A DNA stretch of 60,504 nucleotides, the filler included, from Sphacelaria rigidula (lineage: Eukaryota): the NCBI GenBank assembly GCA_964200075.2. It is 5 parts of 5 records of this genome, joined end to end, with 100 filler letters (N's around TTAATTAATTAA, not from the genome) between each part and the next. Parts side by side here need not be neighbours in the genome. Positions count along the whole stretch, not along the records: positions 24,243 to 36,263 come from CAXNAA020004222.1; positions 36,364 to 48,384 come from CAXNAA020004223.1; 3 more parts are not named here. One strand, given 5' to 3'. Below the pieces are notes generated by a model that made no database searches, was not told the DNA's origin, and worked only from the letters and a program-made list of their open reading frames with translations. This document shows, piece by piece, positions 24,460-38,050 of the stretch; within the stretch, counting starts at the first letter, position 1, and the number at the start of each line of letters is the position of its first letter. Both the position numbers and the translations under genes were made by a program.

Positions 24460-24890
24460 ATGCCACTTCAGCCCCAAATTCTGTATGAACCCCAAAATAT
24501 AAAATCGGCTGTTAATTCGTATTAATCGTTCAACCAAGCGGAATGTGCCCATATGCTCGAAAGTTTGGGCCCACAAGTTCTCGTTCATGTCTGGTAATTC
24601 CTGTACATAACGGAGGTGGCTTCCATACTAAGATCTCCATGAAACCCCCGATCGATGCTATCAGCGGATGGATGACGAATTCTGATGTGGACATCCTCTG
24701 GAGCAGGGGGAGAAGATAGATGCCCTCACCTTCACCCAACTCGTCATCTATCCCGAGATATGACGCACATGAGTTTTTTTCCCAATATCAATATGTTACG
24801 AGCAGATGCACTAGATGTCCTTAATCTGGACATTCGCGTATCATATTTTCAGGGTTGTCCGATAACATTTCGTGTAGTGGACCGCTAGTG
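24460..24890 (-). pseudogene. Possible decayed PIF/Harbinger-like (ISL2EU-type) DDE transposase fragment
   Basis: Frameshifted peptides IDRGF and VERLIRINSRFYILG recall the DDE_Tnp_4 motifs DRGF and VERAI.R...F.IL; highly degenerate. Confidence 0.3.
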
Positions 24891-25916
24891 CATAGTAAAA
24901 TTAAAAGATATTTTGATATTCGCCAAGTCATTTCCGGTTACATTACCGTCCCCGCCACGAGCACGTGAGACAAATGGCGCTGAATTGCCCGAAAAAGAGA
25001 GGAAATTGTCATCTTGTTCCCCAACCTATCCATCTCCCATGCACCAGTAACAGGGACAGGTATGATTGAGGGCCAACACTTTTGAGTGCGATAATGCCGC
25101 ACGTGAACCTCGCCGTGCGTGCCCCACGGCAGGCCTGGGCTAAAAGACACTTCATTGGGGCACGACATACATGCGTGAGTGCTTGCGGGTGTACCGCAGC
25201 TGGCTTGGGCCTTTCGAACGGCGTCGCAGCTGTAACTCTGGCCAAGAGCGTGACCCCGTAACAATTGCCTCACCGCTAGTTCTCCGGACTCTCCCGAGGG
25301 ATTGACGATCTCGGCGGCTATACGTCGCTCACTTGTCCGTCACTCTGACCAAAAGAAGACTCGATGAATCTTGACCTGTTCGGGAACCTTCTGTTCGAGA
25401 ACGGAATCTTTCCCAAAATGCAAGTATCAACACATGTTTCTTCACGGGGCTGGGACTGGATAGTATCATCCGGAAAGTCATCCCGTCACCAAGAGCAGGA
25501 TCCCACCGCGTGACACGCAATAAATTTAATGCAGTGGTTCACGTCACGACACAACAAGATGCCGTCTCCACAACCCCACTCTGCACTAAGCATGTACGCA
25601 TGAATATCTACACCCAAAGGGGATTGTGGAAACCGACCACACACGTAAACCAAATCCGCTTTGGTACAAAATCCAAGGAAGGCTGGGGTACCAGCACGCT
25701 CGGAACTGCGACAGCTATATTGGTCAACAAAAACGCCCTACAGGCACGCAGCCAGGCTCAATTACTCAGTTTCAAAGCCGCAAATTCACGTGGACAGTTC
25801 AGCTGACTCCTCAAACATTCCAATTTGCCCACCACATTACCGGCAAGCCACCCTTCAAAACAATATTCGTCAAAATGATCATCGTAACACGCACGGCTCG
25901 CTGTGACGCGTAGCAG

Positions 25917-26195
<279 letters not shown>

Positions 26196-27124
26196 TCACG
26201 GTTCTTTTCGGTACCACGTCCAAAACCAGCATTCGTTTGTTGGACGAATTTGAAGGCCCACTTTCCCGAGGCATGGTGCATTACGCGCCAGCACTCTGAA
26301 AGGTTTTTCCGTGGAGAAGACTCTCCCTCTCCAATTCAGACACATGCTGAAATCCAATGTTGTCGTTGGGCGAAGGGGTACAAAATGCACACCGATACCG
26401 AGTGCATCTGTGTCGAACCGTGCGGAAGATGAAGCTACCATTAAATAAAAGTACAGCACAGAGAACGAGGCGGTGGTAGCGGGGGTTTTACCATAGCTTC
26501 ATGACGGAGCAGGCCAGGGGTACCGTTGCAGCGGACGGGCAGAACAGCTAGCCGGGTAACTCAAGGGCAGAGGAAGGGTATCGACACCCAACGTACGTAG
26601 TGTAGATCACGTCGATTGGGTAATGGTTGTGGCGACAGTACAGTACGGTGCTGCATTAGAGTCAAAGGTGAGCGAGATGAACGTCGATGACATACCGTCC
26701 ACAGGCGCATTTTGACTGACGGATGAAAATTTTAGAGCAGTGCGGGGTAGATGTCATGCGAGAAAGGATACTCATTGCTCAAGGTCACAAAAGTCACGTT
26801 GGAGAGTTCCAGACGAATGAGTATCTCATGTCAAGATGCAAATATTTCGGGATCTCGGTGCAGAATGAAAAAAGCCGCATCCCAACATTGCAGGGGATAC
26901 CATACTCAAAAGAGGGGGAATTAATTTTCCGTTACATTTCAATCTTGAGATATTCGAACTCCGAAATGAGAAAGAAACGTTTTCCGAAACTGGTTGTTAG
27001 CCTGGTCGTCTCGATCGCTCAGTCGGTAATATAGACACCTCCTCGTGGTCGGGTAATGGATACATATTTCGAAGATATCCGGGGTTATTTTACTTAGTGA
27101 TGAATAGTAGAGAGCGACCATGTA

Positions 27125-27330
27125 GGGGTACACTGACTACTTAGTACGAGGGAAACGGACTGCTGATATCCTCTCACTCAAGATAAAGCCAGCACCCCAG
27201 CGGGAACGTGAAAAACAAAAATAAACAAAACAGTAACCTCGTTGTGTTCGCCCCCCTGCTGTGTGACCCCGGCTGGTGCGCTCACACATCCCGAAAGGTG
27301 TAGACGGGTGTTCGGAATAAATGCGACATC
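27125..27330 (+). mobile_element. Degenerate SINE family A copy in ubiquitin intron
   Basis: CGAGGGAAA.GGACTGCTGA...GTGTGACCCCGGCTGGTGCG...CCGAAAGGTGTAGAC. Confidence 0.65.
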
Positions 27331-27840
27331 ACGTTGACCTTCGAAGGAGAAAAAATGAGTCTTCAAATCAAGAAATTGCGTTCCGCACCCCTCCGCCCAA
27401 AATGAAATAATCTCATCATTCTTGCTAAACTTGAAAAAACTCGGGCCTCGGCAGCTAATAATTCGATGAAGTTATCGTTTCTCATGTTCCAGAATAAACC
27501 ACATGTATCCGATTACAGTATACTGAACCCGAATGTTGTTGTCTTCACATCAAGAGCGTTCCGATTTAGCTGTTTTCCTTCTTCTACAAAATAAATGTAC
27601 CAACACAAAGAGCCCAACAAATGTATCTCTCCCTCGTTTAAAGTGAAGTTCAATACAAACCAAACATCCAACCATCAATCCTCAAACAATCTTGCATCAA
27701 GTCATCAACTTCAAACTGCACATGACGCATTGAAATCCTCTCAAATAAAAAAAAACTCACAATATCGCTTTACTGCAATCTTTTCACCGAGCCAGCTGCA
27801 TTTTGGAACAATTCAATCCCATACACGATCCCGACAGCTC

Positions 27841-28281
27841 GTTAGACCCACTGTCAAGGCATCTAGTCCCGATTTTTACAAATATGAGGAATCAGCCCAT
27901 CTACAGGCGATTTCCTCCCGTGGATTGATTTTTCGGACCCCAGTCCGTTGGGCAATGTTTTTCGGCTAGCTTTAAGCAAACCAGATCAATTCCACGTTGA
28001 CTTTCGATACGTCACCGTTTCGCTGAAATCGGGACACTCCCGCATCCCCCTCTATTTTTCCAAAAATCGGGGGAGATGCCATTTGGGCATAAATGTGATG
28101 ACCAAAAGTCATCGTCCATATAATCGGAGATTTGATCTGATTTGCTCACAGCTGGCCGAACAACATTGCCCAACGGACTGGGGTCCGGAAAATCAATCCA
28201 CGGGAGAAAATCGCCTTTAGATGGGCTGAAATCCTTCCGTTTGTAAAAATCGGGACTCGTTGTCACGAAAGTGGGTCTTAC
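27841..28281. mobile_element. Foldback MITE with ~130-bp inverted arms
   Basis: 27841-27971 is the imperfect reverse complement of ~28150-28281 (e.g. GGACCCCAGTCCGTTGGGCAATG / CATTGCCCAACGGACTGGGGTCC). Confidence 0.85.
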
Positions 28282-29498
28282 GCCCCTATTCCCCACATTT
28301 TCTATGGGAAATGCGCGAAAGACTCGGATGATTCATGGTGCCTTCTTCAGATTCTTGGTCTCGTTCTCGTCGTGACTTTCGGTATCCGGGAAACGAGGGC
28401 ACCTCCTCGCACCTCCGGAGAAAAACAGGATGGTAACCATATTCCCTGGAAGTCAGCATTCATTGATCATACGTACACCAACCCAGACGACACACTCGAG
28501 AGGAAATGCGGACTGCGAAGCAGAGTGCAGATTAAAAGGTACTGCTACCGAATAATGACACTTCAACTGTTGACCCAAGTTGTTGCCACGAGCACATTTG
28601 CAAGAGCGAATACTTGCTGAGAAAATGTAAAATGTGCGCTGGTTTTTTGTATACTGTCCGTCTACACAGAGTTTTATTTCCCTCATGCCAACAACCCAAT
28701 GACCTCAGTGCCGGCCTTCACATCCAGGGCACTCTAGCGTGGCGACAGCACGCGGGTACGTCCTCCACAAAAAGCACGAACCACAACATCGAGACAATCT
28801 CCGATCAGCAAGAGGTTACCGCTGAATCCAGGTTGTAGCCCGACTCGGGACGTTGATCACGTGTCCTTGAACTTCCCAATCCCTCGTTACACTGTGATGG
28901 CATAGTTTTGAGAATACTGTCTCGGATCAATTCCACTGATTTCCCTCTGGGGGGCTTGAGGAATCAGATCGATATTCGAGAGGAGCTCCTTGGAAGCCGG
29001 GTATGACGGCCACTGCGTATCAGCGGGGGGGGGGGGGGGCCCACAAAAGCCCCGCTGTCATTATTTCCCGCCAGAGTTTAGGGTTGGGCGCCCCGCCAGA
29101 AGGGGCTTGGACAGATGTNNNNNNNNNNGGGGAATCGGCTCGCGTTGCGGGCGGAGCGCCGGGGGAGCCGGGTCGGCCGCCCGCGGGGTGGCGGGGGGGG
29201 GGGGGGGGCTCACATAAGCCACGCTGTCATTATTTCCCGCCAGAGTTTATGGCTTGGCGCTCCGCTAGAACGTGCTAGGACAGATGTGCTCAACAACAGA
29301 AAACTGTTGGGTGTATTCGCGAAAAATCGATGTGAGGATAGCCCGCGATCTACCGTCTGTATGACACAGACACAAACACAATGGATGGCAAAAAAGTAAA
29401 AGGAAACACGGAAGAATGCGAATTTCAGAGGCAGTGAAGTAGAAGGTGGGCAGACAACCGTCACATCCACCCTGTATACCCGTCTCGGGTTCACTCAC

Positions 29499-29504
29499 TT
29501 GCAT
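29499..29504 (-). CDS. Ubiquitin, exon 1 coding part (Met-Gln)
   Basis: Minus strand GGCAACC-ATG-CAA|GTGAGT: good start context and consensus donor; supplies exactly the missing MQ in phase 0. Confidence 0.85.
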
Positions 29505-29661
29505 GGTTGCCTGTGTTGATATGTAGCAGTGTAGAGAGTTGTGTGCTTCGCGTAGTCTCGCTTCGTTTGGTTGTAGGTGGTGAATTGTGAGAGGGGTGGG
29601 GGTTGCGTGGAGTTGCGTTTGAGTTTCGAGAAGCGGGGTATAAAAACAAGTTTCTTGTTTC

Positions 29662-29671
29662 ATATTTATAT
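29662..29671 (-). promoter_or_regulatory. Candidate TATA box of the ubiquitin gene
   Basis: ATATAAATAT on the minus strand ~160 bp upstream of the ATG. Confidence 0.35.
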
Positions 29672-29906
29672 CGAGTCTAACTCTCAGACCCGTGATCGAG
29701 AGGTGAAACAGAGCTTCAAAGATCTCGAGGGTAAAAGCACATCGTTAAATCTATCAACTCAACTACACCTCAATCGCTTTGGTGAATTTTAAATCCTCTC
29801 AGCAGCCGCTCCCCTTTTTCGGGAGAAACAAAGACAGACCGCTCATTGGGGCTTGAAGAGTATGGCATTAGGGAGAATGGTACACTTTTCCAGAACTGTT
29901 TTACAG

Positions 29907-30105
29907 GAGGTCTGAAGGAGCATGACAATAGGCACAAGAGGCCTTTGCTGCTAGCTGACAGCGGAGTGTTGCGCAATACGGGCGTGAAGGCGGAGTCATC
30001 ATGGCAAGTGATCAAGGCCGCGGGGATGGCCTTCGCAGGCAAGAATCCAACTGGGTACAGCAGCAAGAAGGAGAGGAGATGGCTTCTCCCCCAGCTGAAC
30101 ACAGT
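29907..30105 (+). CDS. Possible exon of unknown protein
   Basis: TTTTACAG| acceptor, open frame GLKEHDNRHKRPLLLADSGV...LLPQLNT, |GTGAGT donor; no family recognised. Confidence 0.3.
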
Positions 30106-31120
30106 GTGAGTCGTGCATACATCACGATGAGCAAGCTGTATTACAGAGTGCAGTACAACAGTCCTGTGCATATTCAAAGTACGGTACGGTACATTACAAC
30201 GGTAAAAGCCCGCACCGAACGGAAAAGGACCACAGAGTGAGGGCGCTCTCTTCCAGACCTTTAGGTACAACTGGCTGTAGTATAGCATGGTACAGCAAAG
30301 TAGTGCAGTCCCGCATCCCACAGCTCACAGTGGTAGCGTCCCCGGGTCTCATCAAATGTCCATGAACAGACTTGAAGAGGAGTCGGTATCTTTCTCGCTG
30401 TTTCAACACAAGTACCGTCGATGCTGCCCGTAAGCTGCCGTGCTGGACCCGTGTTTTGGTCAAGACAGAACATCCAGTGCAGTTGTTCAACATGGGCAAA
30501 ACACGCCGCTCGAGTAATGCTGCGAGCGTAGCGCCCTCGGTAGCATGTCCAGAGTTTGACGACTAGAGAATAGTGCAGTCCAAAACTTCTCCACACAAAT
30601 CTGCTGGAGGCCTCGCCGTACGAGTTGTTTTTGTCGTAGCACGTGTTCTCACTAATTTTGCGAATAAATGTTACTTCGTGTGCTCCCTCAAAGGAGCCAG
30701 TGAGCGAGCACACCGAGTGAAGAATTAGTTTCATTGCCCGTTCGTCGCGTTCATCGTAGACTGAAGAGGTGAAGGAAGGAAAGGTGCAGTAGTTTATACT
30801 CTTCAGATCGCCCACCCGTCTATCATACAAAGTTTTGTTGTTACGACAGCCTGTCTGTCCCGAGAGTGAGGGTGCTCCTCTTTTTTCTGTGGCTGATCCT
30901 TGTACATGTATTCAGATGTACACACCTGCGAGTCCAAGTGGCGGCGGTGATGAGTATTTGAGAGACCTTAATTGTTTTGAGGTTCGCCGTCACGGGCAGA
31001 AACTCGAGCTTTATGTCCGCGTTGGCGGCATCCGCTTAGGCGAGGAGCAATACCCGAGCGAGACCAGCGCAAATTCAGCCACCTGTCACCTATCACACGG
31101 CCATTGTATTTTTTTGTGCC

Positions 31121-31440
31121 GCCGCGCCCCGGTGGTGTAATGGTCCGACTGTCGCCCTAAGGGTGGAGAGAACAACGGTTCAATTCACGATTGGTTGGGT
31201 TTTTTCTTCTTAGTACGTGTCTGATTTCCACCGTAGAAAGCGTGAGAACGTGAGTGAGCAAAGTAGGTGACTGAGTTTGTTTGATGTGCGTTAACGCGGT
31301 GCGGCAGTGCTGTCGCCATCCGCAAGGATGAAATACAAGGTGTGTACCGGGGAGAGAGAGGTTTATCCCTTGAGAGCACGGACTCACTCTTCCTGAGGAA
31401 GGGGAAAGGTTCAAAGTGCGACAAAAAAAAGAAGAGAAGA
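31121..31440 (+). mobile_element. tRNA-derived SINE, family B
   Basis: A-box GGTGGTGTAATGG, B-box GGTTCAATTC, A-rich tail; inverted homolog at 31943-32625. Confidence 0.75.
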
Positions 31441-31942
31441 AATACTGTCGCATCTCATGCAAGCTCCTTGTTTGGGACTGTACTCTTTGAACCCCGTGAG
31501 CATAGGTCCCATCTGTTGAGTCAAGGTCAATTTCAGCTGAAAAGTTACTGCATGATCAGATGACCTCCCCTCGCCGTCAACGGATCGATGGATTGAAAAC
31601 GTATCGGAATGCACTCTACCTCACCTTCCAAACCAAAATCGTTCGTTTTTCGTCGACACGGTCAACTGTAGTTATCGATCGATGAACCTTTGAACTCCCA
31701 TGATTCCTGTTCTGAGATGTCGTCCGCTGATAGATCCCCGAGTTTTGAAAAATTGCACAACCTTGACAACACATGGTCACGGGATGCAATAGACAAAGAA
31801 ATATACTGGGTAAAGTATAGGCCCATTGTCGGCCGTCTCGTCACCGACAGTAGTTGCAATTAGCCTATACTTTACCCAGCATATTTCTTTGTCTATTGCA
31901 TCCATTTAATTGTCCAGGGTGTGCAATTTGTTTCTTCATTGA

Positions 31943-32625
31943 TTTGTCGCACTTTGAACCCCTCCCCTTCGTCGGGACGAGTCCGTGGTCTCAAGAGATC
32001 AACCTATTTTTCCCCGGTACACGCCTTGCATTTTGGTCTCGCGGATTGATTGGGTCATGACTATCAGCACTGCCGCACCGCGTCAACTCTCGCCGAACAA
32101 ACTCAGTCAACTACTTTGATTACTCACGTTCTCACCCTTTCCACGGTAAAAATCAGATACGACGTTCAGGCCGGTCGCCCCGATGGTTCAGTTGGTAACC
32201 TCGAAACCTTCTGTGACGGTTGCGTCGTGGTTTCAATGCTCGGAGCGGTCCGGGATTTTTTCTCACCCCATGCCCAACAGTGGAGAGCGACTATGTCGTG
32301 GGTACACAAAATTTGACTAAACGGTCGACGAGGGAAAGGGACTGCTGAACCCCTCTAGCGATAAAAAAAAAAAAAGACAAGCACCGCAAAAGGAAGGTGG
32401 GATACTAGAATTAAACAAGAGAAGAAAAAGCTCCTGTGTTGGCCCTTCTTCCTGCGTGACCCCGGCTGGTGCGCCCACAAATACTGAAACATGTAGACCG
32501 GCGCCCAGAATGGATAGGATGACAACATACATGACAATACTACGAAGAAAAAGCCCGACGCATCGGGAATCGAACTCTTGTTCTCTCCACCCTAATGGCG
32601 ACAGTCGGGCCATTACGGGGCGCAG
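31943..32625 (-). mobile_element. SINE family B copy interrupted by SINE A
   Basis: 31943-32165 and ~32537-32625 align in reverse to 31121-31425. Confidence 0.75.
32170..32535 (+). mobile_element. SINE family A, full-length copy
   Basis: CCGGTCGCCCCGATGGTTCAGTTGGTAACC head, conserved body, ACAACATACA tail. Confidence 0.8.
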
Positions 32626-33830
32626 CGGCGGATTGTCCAGGGTGTGAGAAGTTGTTGTCTTCGTACGGGCGTGGTTGATCGATCCCCTGGGAATGCAGCT
32701 GTCGTCACAAGATAGACATACGGACCCCACGGTGGACGGTGAAAGCGGACAGTACTCGCTGAAGGAGGCTCAAGAAATGGGGAAAATGGCATATAAAAAA
32801 ATAAAGGACAGAGCTAGATGGGATACTATTGTAGAAGATGAATCGGCTTTTCACCGCGGAACTAACTCCCTTTGCTTGACACGTGATTCATGCAATCAAG
32901 TTGCAATACTCTCATGAGGGAACGTGAAGGGGTTCATGAAAGAGAGGTCAAATGATGAGAGAGAGTGAGGTGCGGGGGGGGGGGGGGGTATTCGGGGATT
33001 TTGGAAAAAGGGAAGGGTGAAAATTGGGGGGAATATAGAAGTAAAAATAGGNNNNNNNNNNAAAAAAGGCAGAGAATCGGGGGAGAGAGGGGGGGGGGGG
33101 GAAGGGTGAGGAGAAAAAAGAGGGAGGGGGGGAGTGGGGGGGGGGGGGGGGGGGGGTTATTCGGGTATTTTGGAACAAGGGAAAGATGAAAATTGATGGG
33201 AATATATAAGTAAAAATAGGTCAGAAGTAGAAAGGAAGCGAGAAAAGATGTGACGCGAAGTTGGATCTGGTACCGTTCCTGCCTGAGAACAGAAGAAAAA
33301 ACAGCCTCTGCAGCATGGCCTCTCAGGTGAGGAGGCCGTGCAAGATACTGGTATAAGAAAAAAAAACGAAGGCTTCACAACGTTTTATGGACATGGGGGC
33401 TTAACCCTGCGGCCGTCAGAGTGAGGGGTGTATTGGTTCAGCGTCATTTTCACTTGCAAAATAAGGCAAGTTATGCCAATTCAGCAGATCGGGTACCCTG
33501 GCCGTGGACGGGTGAGGGGAAGGACCTGCCTGATCGAGACAAGCGGTTTCTCATTCATTTGTTCTCCACTCACTTGTATTTGAACGGTGCGATACAACCC
33601 CCGTAAGAAAACCAGCAAAAAATATGTTTGCGGACACAAGAAGGGCAACATCTTTTTTACGGAACCATAAATAAATAACCGCCTCAACTGGAAAGAATTT
33701 TTGAAAAAAAATCCAAAATCAGCAACTTGATGGGTCGCCACGGTTTCACCCCGCCACGTGATGTCGCGGCTACCAGTCAATATGCTGATTTGGACGCTTC
33801 TTTTGCTCTCGCCTTTATTTTTGATCCGGT

Positions 33831-34143
33831 TAACTCTTTAGACTGAGAGGGTAATCCATCTGCACCACTCATACCTTTTTCGAGTGAAGTCGATGCCGAT
33901 TTATAAGATGACCTACTGTCGTCTCTTTAATTCTTTCGTTATTAACGCCTATAGATTTTTCCCAAGGTATCCATTTCGTACCAAAACACAACACAAAGAA
34001 TAAGTATTGAGAAAAAATAAACATAACTTAAGATTTGAATAAGACTGCAATGCGGTTAATCCATTTGGATCACTACTACTTTTTTTTCAAGTGAAATTGA
34101 TGCAAATTCCGTAGGTGACCTACCGCCGCGGTCTAAGAGTCAA
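33831..34143. mobile_element. Possible piggyBac-type MITE
   Basis: TTAA-CTCTTTAGACTG ... CGGTCTAAGAG-TCAA imperfect termini. Confidence 0.35.
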
Positions 34144-34961
34144 CTCTGCGAGCACTGGCCCTCCGTTCGGTGAAATATCTCGGCTGACAATCCATCCCAT
34201 GTTGGTCCGGATTTGAACAACGTCCCGTGCAGACAGTACGGCGATGTTTACTACCTCTATGGGAGGTTCATGCCAGTTTGCATGCAACAAGTAGCACAGC
34301 GGTCTGCCGACAACAGATACTGGCACCGTAGTGCATGCGGCGGGGGGGAGGGGGAGGGAACTAGGTGGTTTGCAGTTCGTACCCGAGCATGTTGTGCTTC
34401 CCCCGACCGCGTATGGGTATTCCGCGATGGTTTGGTATCCCCCGTGCCTCGAGCTACTCGGTTATGGCATCGCATTAATAAAGTCCTTGCCTTCGAGAGT
34501 AGTACGATGACAAGAAACTTCTCGGTTCTAGTCTACTCTCAAGTATACTTCACCTACTCCTTTTTCCTGCTTGGTCTTAACGCTGCGATATCGAACAACC
34601 TGGAGCTTTATATATTGTTCCGTAGACTGCTAGATCTCGCACCTTGACGCCGCAGTGACTGTGCCATACTCTGCCGTGTGCTTACCCTCCGCAGCCGGTG
34701 GCATGTCACATTGGATTTCATTCGGGCGTGTCTAGACCCCCGTCCGATACACACTGCGAGAAGCAGGAGAAACTAGTTCCATAATCCGGCAAGCAGATTT
34801 AACCTTTGAACGGCGAGAGTACGTCATCTGTCTAGTCGGCATCATTTATACTTCAAAAAAGTACCCTCGAGGTCTAGGGTTCAAGTGATCTATATATATC
34901 CCTGCGCACGCACTGTGGTCCTACACAAAGCTATTCAAAAGGCGCATCCGCATCAACCGTA

Positions 34962-35509
34962 CAGTAGTGGGCGGTCTAACTATTCATTTTGAGGCATTTT
35001 GTAATCTCTTCGTAATTGGCGATTTTCTTGGGCTCTTCTCGCTTGCCACCGCTCATCAGATCGGGGATCTGAGGATATTTGTATCCGCTCCACGTTCGAA
35101 GAAGGAAAAAACATCTGTACTCAACAGTGAGTGACGTACAAGCTGACCAGTCATCGGGGGCCCTGCCACGTTTCAGCCCAGATTCTTACTCTTCGATATT
35201 TTCGGTCGATCGAGCCTGTCCCGATCATATTGCTGAAAAAATGTAGTTTCATTTTTTTGAAATTCTGCCTATTCGTTGTACTATAGCCGAAAAACTGTGT
35301 TTCACGGTCTAAATCACCCTCCTCATGAACGGGGTATTTACTCGTTTCCCCCGACAACACGAACTAGCACTCACTTGGGCACTGAGTTCCGAGGATGGTC
35401 TGCCTACTGTACCAAAATCTACCGACGCTAGCAATTTCGAGTTCTATCGAAGAGTAGTACGCGAGGAATACCCCAATACCCTGCTGAAGAGTTAGACCGC
35501 CCACTACTC
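34962..35509. mobile_element. Tc1/mariner-pogo-type MITE
   Basis: 20-bp TIR CAGTAGTGGGCGGTCTAACT / AGTTAGACCGCCCACTACTC (19/20 match); TA on both sides; partial inverted copy at ~53270-53530. Confidence 0.88.
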
Positions 35510-35894
35510 TAGTGTCCGAAAGCTATAATATGAGTAGTACTGATTATGTTCCCTGACACTACTATACGTGTTCAACTGATGATCCGTGTCACGAGAAAGA
35601 TGCCGGCAGCACGTCATGGCCGAGCCTCACGACTCACAGTGCTCGATCCCGGCTGGCTGCTCGATCGAAAATTAACGCCCACGTATCCTGGCCGAACAAA
35701 ACAAGATGATGCGCCTTTACAGGTCGTGTTTTTTCTTCATTTCGTTCTATTTTTGTCAACGCCGTTTCAGCGGGGTGACCACTGTTTCAGGCGACCTCTT
35801 GGGCGTATTTTCATTCCACTAATCCCAGTTTCTGAAATTCGTTGGTGAGGGATGCCGCGGTAGCCCCCCATCCACCCTCCCCAAACCTGCGTGA

Positions 35895-36200
35895 GACACC
35901 CACGAGGCAGTGTGCAAGCCGTGATTGTCCCTGGAATTGACGATGCCAGAAAATAAAGCATCTCATTGTTGGATGTCATCCATGTGGAAGATAGTCAGTA
36001 CGCTTCGGGTCGAACAATCTAACAGGGTGCAGCTCACCCTTCATGCGTCTCGCGGAACAGATGATGGCGCTTCTCGCTTGGCGATTGATTGCGAGCCTAG
36101 TTCGGCGAAAACCCGACGTGCTCCGTCCCGGCTCTGTACGGATGCGAGATCAACGGTCTCACGACTACTGCATGCAAGATCACGAGTACCCTCCCTCCCT
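35895..36200 (+). repeat. Dispersed repeat family (also ~36365-36435 minus, ~38860-39040, ~60366-60504)
   Basis: Shared GCAGTGTG.AAGCCGTG...AATAAAGCA.CTCATTGT...GCTTCGGGTCGAACAATCT and GATTGCGAGCCT...AAAACCCGACGTG blocks. Confidence 0.75.
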
Positions 36201-36263
36201 CTACTGAGGGCGTCACACGCCGTGTCGAGCCATGACAGAGACATGTGCAATCAACAGGACGAC

Positions 36264-36363
36264 NNNNNNNNNNNNNNNNNNNNNNNNNNNNNNNNNNNNN
36301 NNNNNNNTTAATTAATTAANNNNNNNNNNNNNNNNNNNNNNNNNNNNNNNNNNNNNNNNNNNN
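36264..36363. other. Artificial contig spacer
   Basis: 100-bp N/TTAATTAATTAA block. Confidence 0.98.
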
Positions 36364-37588
36364 CTACAATGAGTTGCTTTATTTTCTGGTATCGCCACTT
36401 CCTGAGACAGCAACGGCTTATACACTGCCTCATGGGTGGGGGGGGCGTACGCTCCCCCCCCCAAAAAAAAAAAAGTGGTGTACACGGGACTATGACCATG
36501 ATCATGCACCACTTTTTTTGGGGGGGGCTATCGTAGAAAGTGTCCCTTCAGTTAAATCAAGCTTGAGCTGTTCCCACCGATGGCTGGCGGGCGCGCCGTC
36601 GAACGTGAAGGTGGCGAGAAGAGAGCGTGATTACTTCCCACTTTTGATATATACGGCATCCTGCCAAAACATTTGTCACCGTTTATAGTGCTGAACAATG
36701 CTCATGGCGTTGGCTGTACACTGAGAGGTGGATGAACCCTCTGATCGCTGAAGGTGTTGATTTGTTGTATTCGGCAGCCCCACCTAATGTAACATTATGT
36801 TTATGTTGCCAACGTTTGTCCTCCCCGTTTTCAGCGGACGAGCGGGCGCCAGAAAAACGAACGTTTCCCTCTCAAATCTTTGCGGTTTCGCCAACTCAGG
36901 TCCTCGCGTTTTCCGCGCACGTACTCCGCAATAGCAGACTCTCCTATGTATACATTCCACCCGCACGACAGGTCAGATTTCCGCAATATCGAATTATCGG
37001 CGTATTGCGCACGCGCGTCTATGCCGTTTCAGTACGGTGCGGAACTCCGTGACGAACACATACAGTACAGCGTCCTGGGCAGGGAACAAACAGAGGAGCC
37101 CAAAGGTTGCTGCTGCGGGGGGAAAAGACACGACAGTCTTAGCGCGGACTCTTCTAAAACATGCCTTTTAGGAACCACTCACTGTCTGAGTATGTGATCA
37201 TCTGTTGTCGAGTCTGTCCTGTGCTGCCCTTCCTGTGCTGCAGTCTGGATTGGAACCCATAAAATTCTTCTCGAACCACGTTGTCCTGGTATACCAGTCT
37301 AGCCGGTGAGCGGGGTGGTTTTACCACCAGGCATAGTAGTCTATTCCTTTCCCAGGAAGCCATAATACGCGGCCCTTAGTCACCAATGAAAACGGAAACC
37401 TACGAATCCCGAGCATGCGTGGCATACGTGCATCCCCGCAACCCTCATGTTCATGCTTCCGCCTACGTTCTGCTCTGCGTTGAAAATCGTGTATCCTGCC
37501 TTCTCAAGCATATTGCAACTGTACTGTACTACTCCTCTGTTGCAGAGTGACTCTGTAGGCCACTACTCGCACAGACGTGAAAATTTGA

Positions 37589-38050
37589 TTGAGAAATGGT
37601 TTTCGGGTGGGGGACATGGACCTGCCGGAAAGAAAAGTGAGATATACCAGTAGTCGAGAGGAGGAGGAAGTAGATGCACAGAATTGCCCCTGTGGCGCAG
37701 CAATAGAGAGCAGAACTCATAAAGGGGCAGAATGTGAACTATACGAGGAGGAACGGGGCGTGCTAGGGCGGGAAATGCGGGACGTGAACGAAGGTGGCAT
37801 GAAATCGTTTGATGCATTGCACAGTAGGGAGGACACGATGGCTATACTAGGAGATAGATGGTGGCCACGGACGGCGAAACAGGACGAGGATAAGAGTTGT
37901 AGACCGTTTTTGTGTAATATATGGAAGAAACGTAATGAGCACCGAAATGTTGGAGATGTCTCTATAAGGAGTAGGAGCGATGCTCCTTCTCGAAAGGGAT
38001 GCGCGGTCCATGGTCAAACGACTCAGACAAGCAACGAATGCGTACGCCCC
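37589..38050 (+). mobile_element. LINE ORF2 3' remnant
   Basis: CPCGAAIESRTHKGAECELY fits the CxC-x7-H-x4-C knuckle at the end of non-LTR ORF2 proteins; no RT core seen. Confidence 0.55.

Noticed and set aside
29020-29290. Tandem duplication around a 10-N gap
   Set aside because: Both copies follow poly-G runs and flank the gap; likely an unmerged low-quality overlap
32965-33225. G-rich duplicated segment around a 10-N gap
   Set aside because: Same artefact pattern of poly-G read decay next to a gap
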